Shown: piece by piece, positions 39,514 through 40,859 of the stretch
Layout of the letters: every line of letters begins with the position of its first letter
Numbering within the stretch: the first letter of the stretch is position 1
Origin: Cellvibrionales bacterium
GTDB lineage: Bacteria; Pseudomonadota; Gammaproteobacteria; Pseudomonadales; UBA7434
Assembly (NCBI GenBank): GCA_002726445.1
Contig: PBSZ01000062.1
Span: 1-40,859 of the forward strand
DNA length: 40,859 nucleotides
Direction: 5' to 3'
Made by a program: the position numbers and the translations under genes
Notes under the pieces: model-generated
Told to the model about the DNA's origin: nothing
The model's database searches: none
Seen by the model: the letters and a program-made list of their open reading frames with translations, nothing else

Positions 39514-40446
39514 ATGAGCTGGCAATGCACCCTAAGTAACGCAGTGATGCGTCTAAGCAAATGGTATATGCACGGCAAGGATTTCACCGCTGCCAAAGCC
39601 GCGATGATAAAAATGGCCGATAAACCCGCCGAGAACGCACCCTTCCCTGATGGCGCCACGGTGGAAAAAGTTCAATTTTCAAACGTGAACTGCGAGTGGG
39701 TTTATGATACCTCACTGACAGAAGAGCAAAAACAACAGGTTATTCTTTATTTTCACGGCGGCGGTTTTTTTGCTGGTTCGCCAGCCACCCACCGAGATGC
39801 TGCCCACCGACTTTCAGTCGCGGCCAAAATGCGCACCTTGTTAGTCGATTACAGCCTTACCCCCGAGCATGTTTTTCCTGTTGCTCTCAATCAAGCAGTC
39901 AGTGTGTATCAGCAGCTGTTATCATCCGGTATCAGCGCCAATAAAATTGCTTTTGGCGGTGATTCTGCTGGTGGCAATATGACCTTGGCGGTCATGAAGC
40001 AATTACAGCACCAAGGTATCGAGTTACCCTTCGCTGGATTTTGCATCTCGCCTTGGGCCGACCTCACCCACAGCGGTCATTCCCTGCAACGTAATCGCTA
40101 TAAAGAAGCGATGATCCCGCAGGCTTTATTGAAAAACGCAGCCTTAGTTTATGCCGCGGGTGAACCATTAGACAACCCGCTTATTTCACCCGTTTTTGCT
40201 GACCTGCAAGATTTTCCACCACTCTATGTGATTGCCGGAGCCACAGAGATATTAGTTGATGATGCTAATCGTATCGCAGAACAAGCACAACGTTGTGGCG
40301 TTAAAGTTGAGAAAAAGATTTGGGCTAAAGCGCCGCACGCGTTTACCACCATGGCGAGCTTTTTACCCGAAGGCAGAGAAGCGATTAACGACATTGGCAA
40401 TTTCTTGATTGCGACCCAAAGCAGTGCATCAAAAGCGGCAGAATAA
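39514..40446 (+). CDS. alpha/beta hydrolase, hormone-sensitive-lipase-type esterase (Abhydrolase_3)
   Basis: 310 aa. Oxyanion-hole HGGGF, nucleophile elbow GDSAGGN, and C-terminal Asp/His context (EILVDD, APHAF). Confidence 0.85.
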   Translation: MSWQCTLSNAVMRLSKWYMHGKDFTAAKAAMIKMADKPAENAPFPDGATVEKVQFSNVNCEWVYDTSLTEEQKQQVILYFHGGGFFAGSPATHRDAAHRLSVAAKMRTLLVDYSLTPEHVFPVALNQAVSVYQQLLSSGISANKIAFGGDSAGGNMTLAVMKQLQHQGIELPFAGFCISPWADLTHSGHSLQRNRYKEAMIPQALLKNAALVYAAGEPLDNPLISPVFADLQDFPPLYVIAGATEILVDDANRIAEQAQRCGVKVEKKIWAKAPHAFTTMASFLPEGREAINDIGNFLIATQSSASKAAE

Positions 40447-40627
40447 AACGACAGCGTAAGGAACCGATAAATTAAAACTGATTACTGATAGCCGCTTAAC
40501 AGCCTTTTTAAAGCCAACCAACATTGCTATTATTGGCTAATGTTGGGCACACTAATCAACACAGGTAATGATCTTTTTAAGCCATTATCGCGTATCCATT
40601 ATTATTAACTTAAAGAGCTGTCCTTTT

Positions 40628-40859
40628 ATGATGAATAAATCTGACATAATTGCTGCCATGAAAGTTCAATCCACGATTGACCCTGCCGCTGAAATTACCA
40701 CTCGGGTTAATTTTATTAAACGACAATTAGTCAGCGCTGGCCTTCATCATCTGGTCTTGGGTATTAGTGGCGGCATCGACTCAACGACTTGTGCGCGATT
40801 AGCACAACTGGCTGTCGACGCGCTGAACAAAGAAGCAGGCCAAGGTGACTACCAATTTA
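40628..40859 (+). CDS. nadE: ammonia-dependent NAD+ synthetase, 3' end truncated by the window edge
   Basis: Not in the ORF track because it runs off the end. The ATG at 40628 gives MMNKSDIIAAMKVQSTIDPAAEITTRVNFIKRQLVSAGLHHLVLGISGGIDSTTCARLAQLAV..., with the PP-loop SGGIDS characteristic of NadE. Confidence 0.85.
   Translation, partial: MMNKSDIIAAMKVQSTIDPAAEITTRVNFIKRQLVSAGLHHLVLGISGGIDSTTCARLAQLAVDALNKEAGQGDYQF

Overview
The window reads as ordinary chromosomal core of a marine gammaproteobacterium (roughly mid-40s % GC by eye). Gene order resembles Pseudomonas/Oceanospirillales and partly E. coli. It is densely packed with housekeeping genes:
- xerD-dsbC-hom-thrC-recJ
- rplS-trmD-rimM-rpsP and ffh
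- ypjD-like and corC-like
- tgt-queA
- msrQP, pssA
- ilvY/ilvC and ilvIH
- clpB, bamD, rluD-pgeF
- the start of nadE
- two tRNAs: initiator Met and Leu-CAA

I found no CRISPR array, transposase, integrase, prophage or recognisable defence system. I cannot honestly point to a clear previously undescribed system.

The non-core content is limited to:
1. A nickel superoxide dismutase cassette (small His-His membrane protein, sodN, sodX) wedged between ffh and ypjD.
2. A two-gene flavoenzyme cassette wedged between rpsP and ffh. It is a KstD/fumarate-reductase-like FAD protein plus an Old-Yellow-Enzyme-type protein that carries a 4Fe-4S Cys motif but no reductase domains.
3. A His/Met-rich outer-membrane beta-barrel with a perfect palindromic candidate operator upstream.
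4. An enterobacterial-type ilvY plus class II ilvC pair, sitting where Pseudomonas-like genomes carry a short class I ilvC.
5. Several small DUF-type genes.

All family calls come from motif recognition by eye in the supplied translations. No searches were run.
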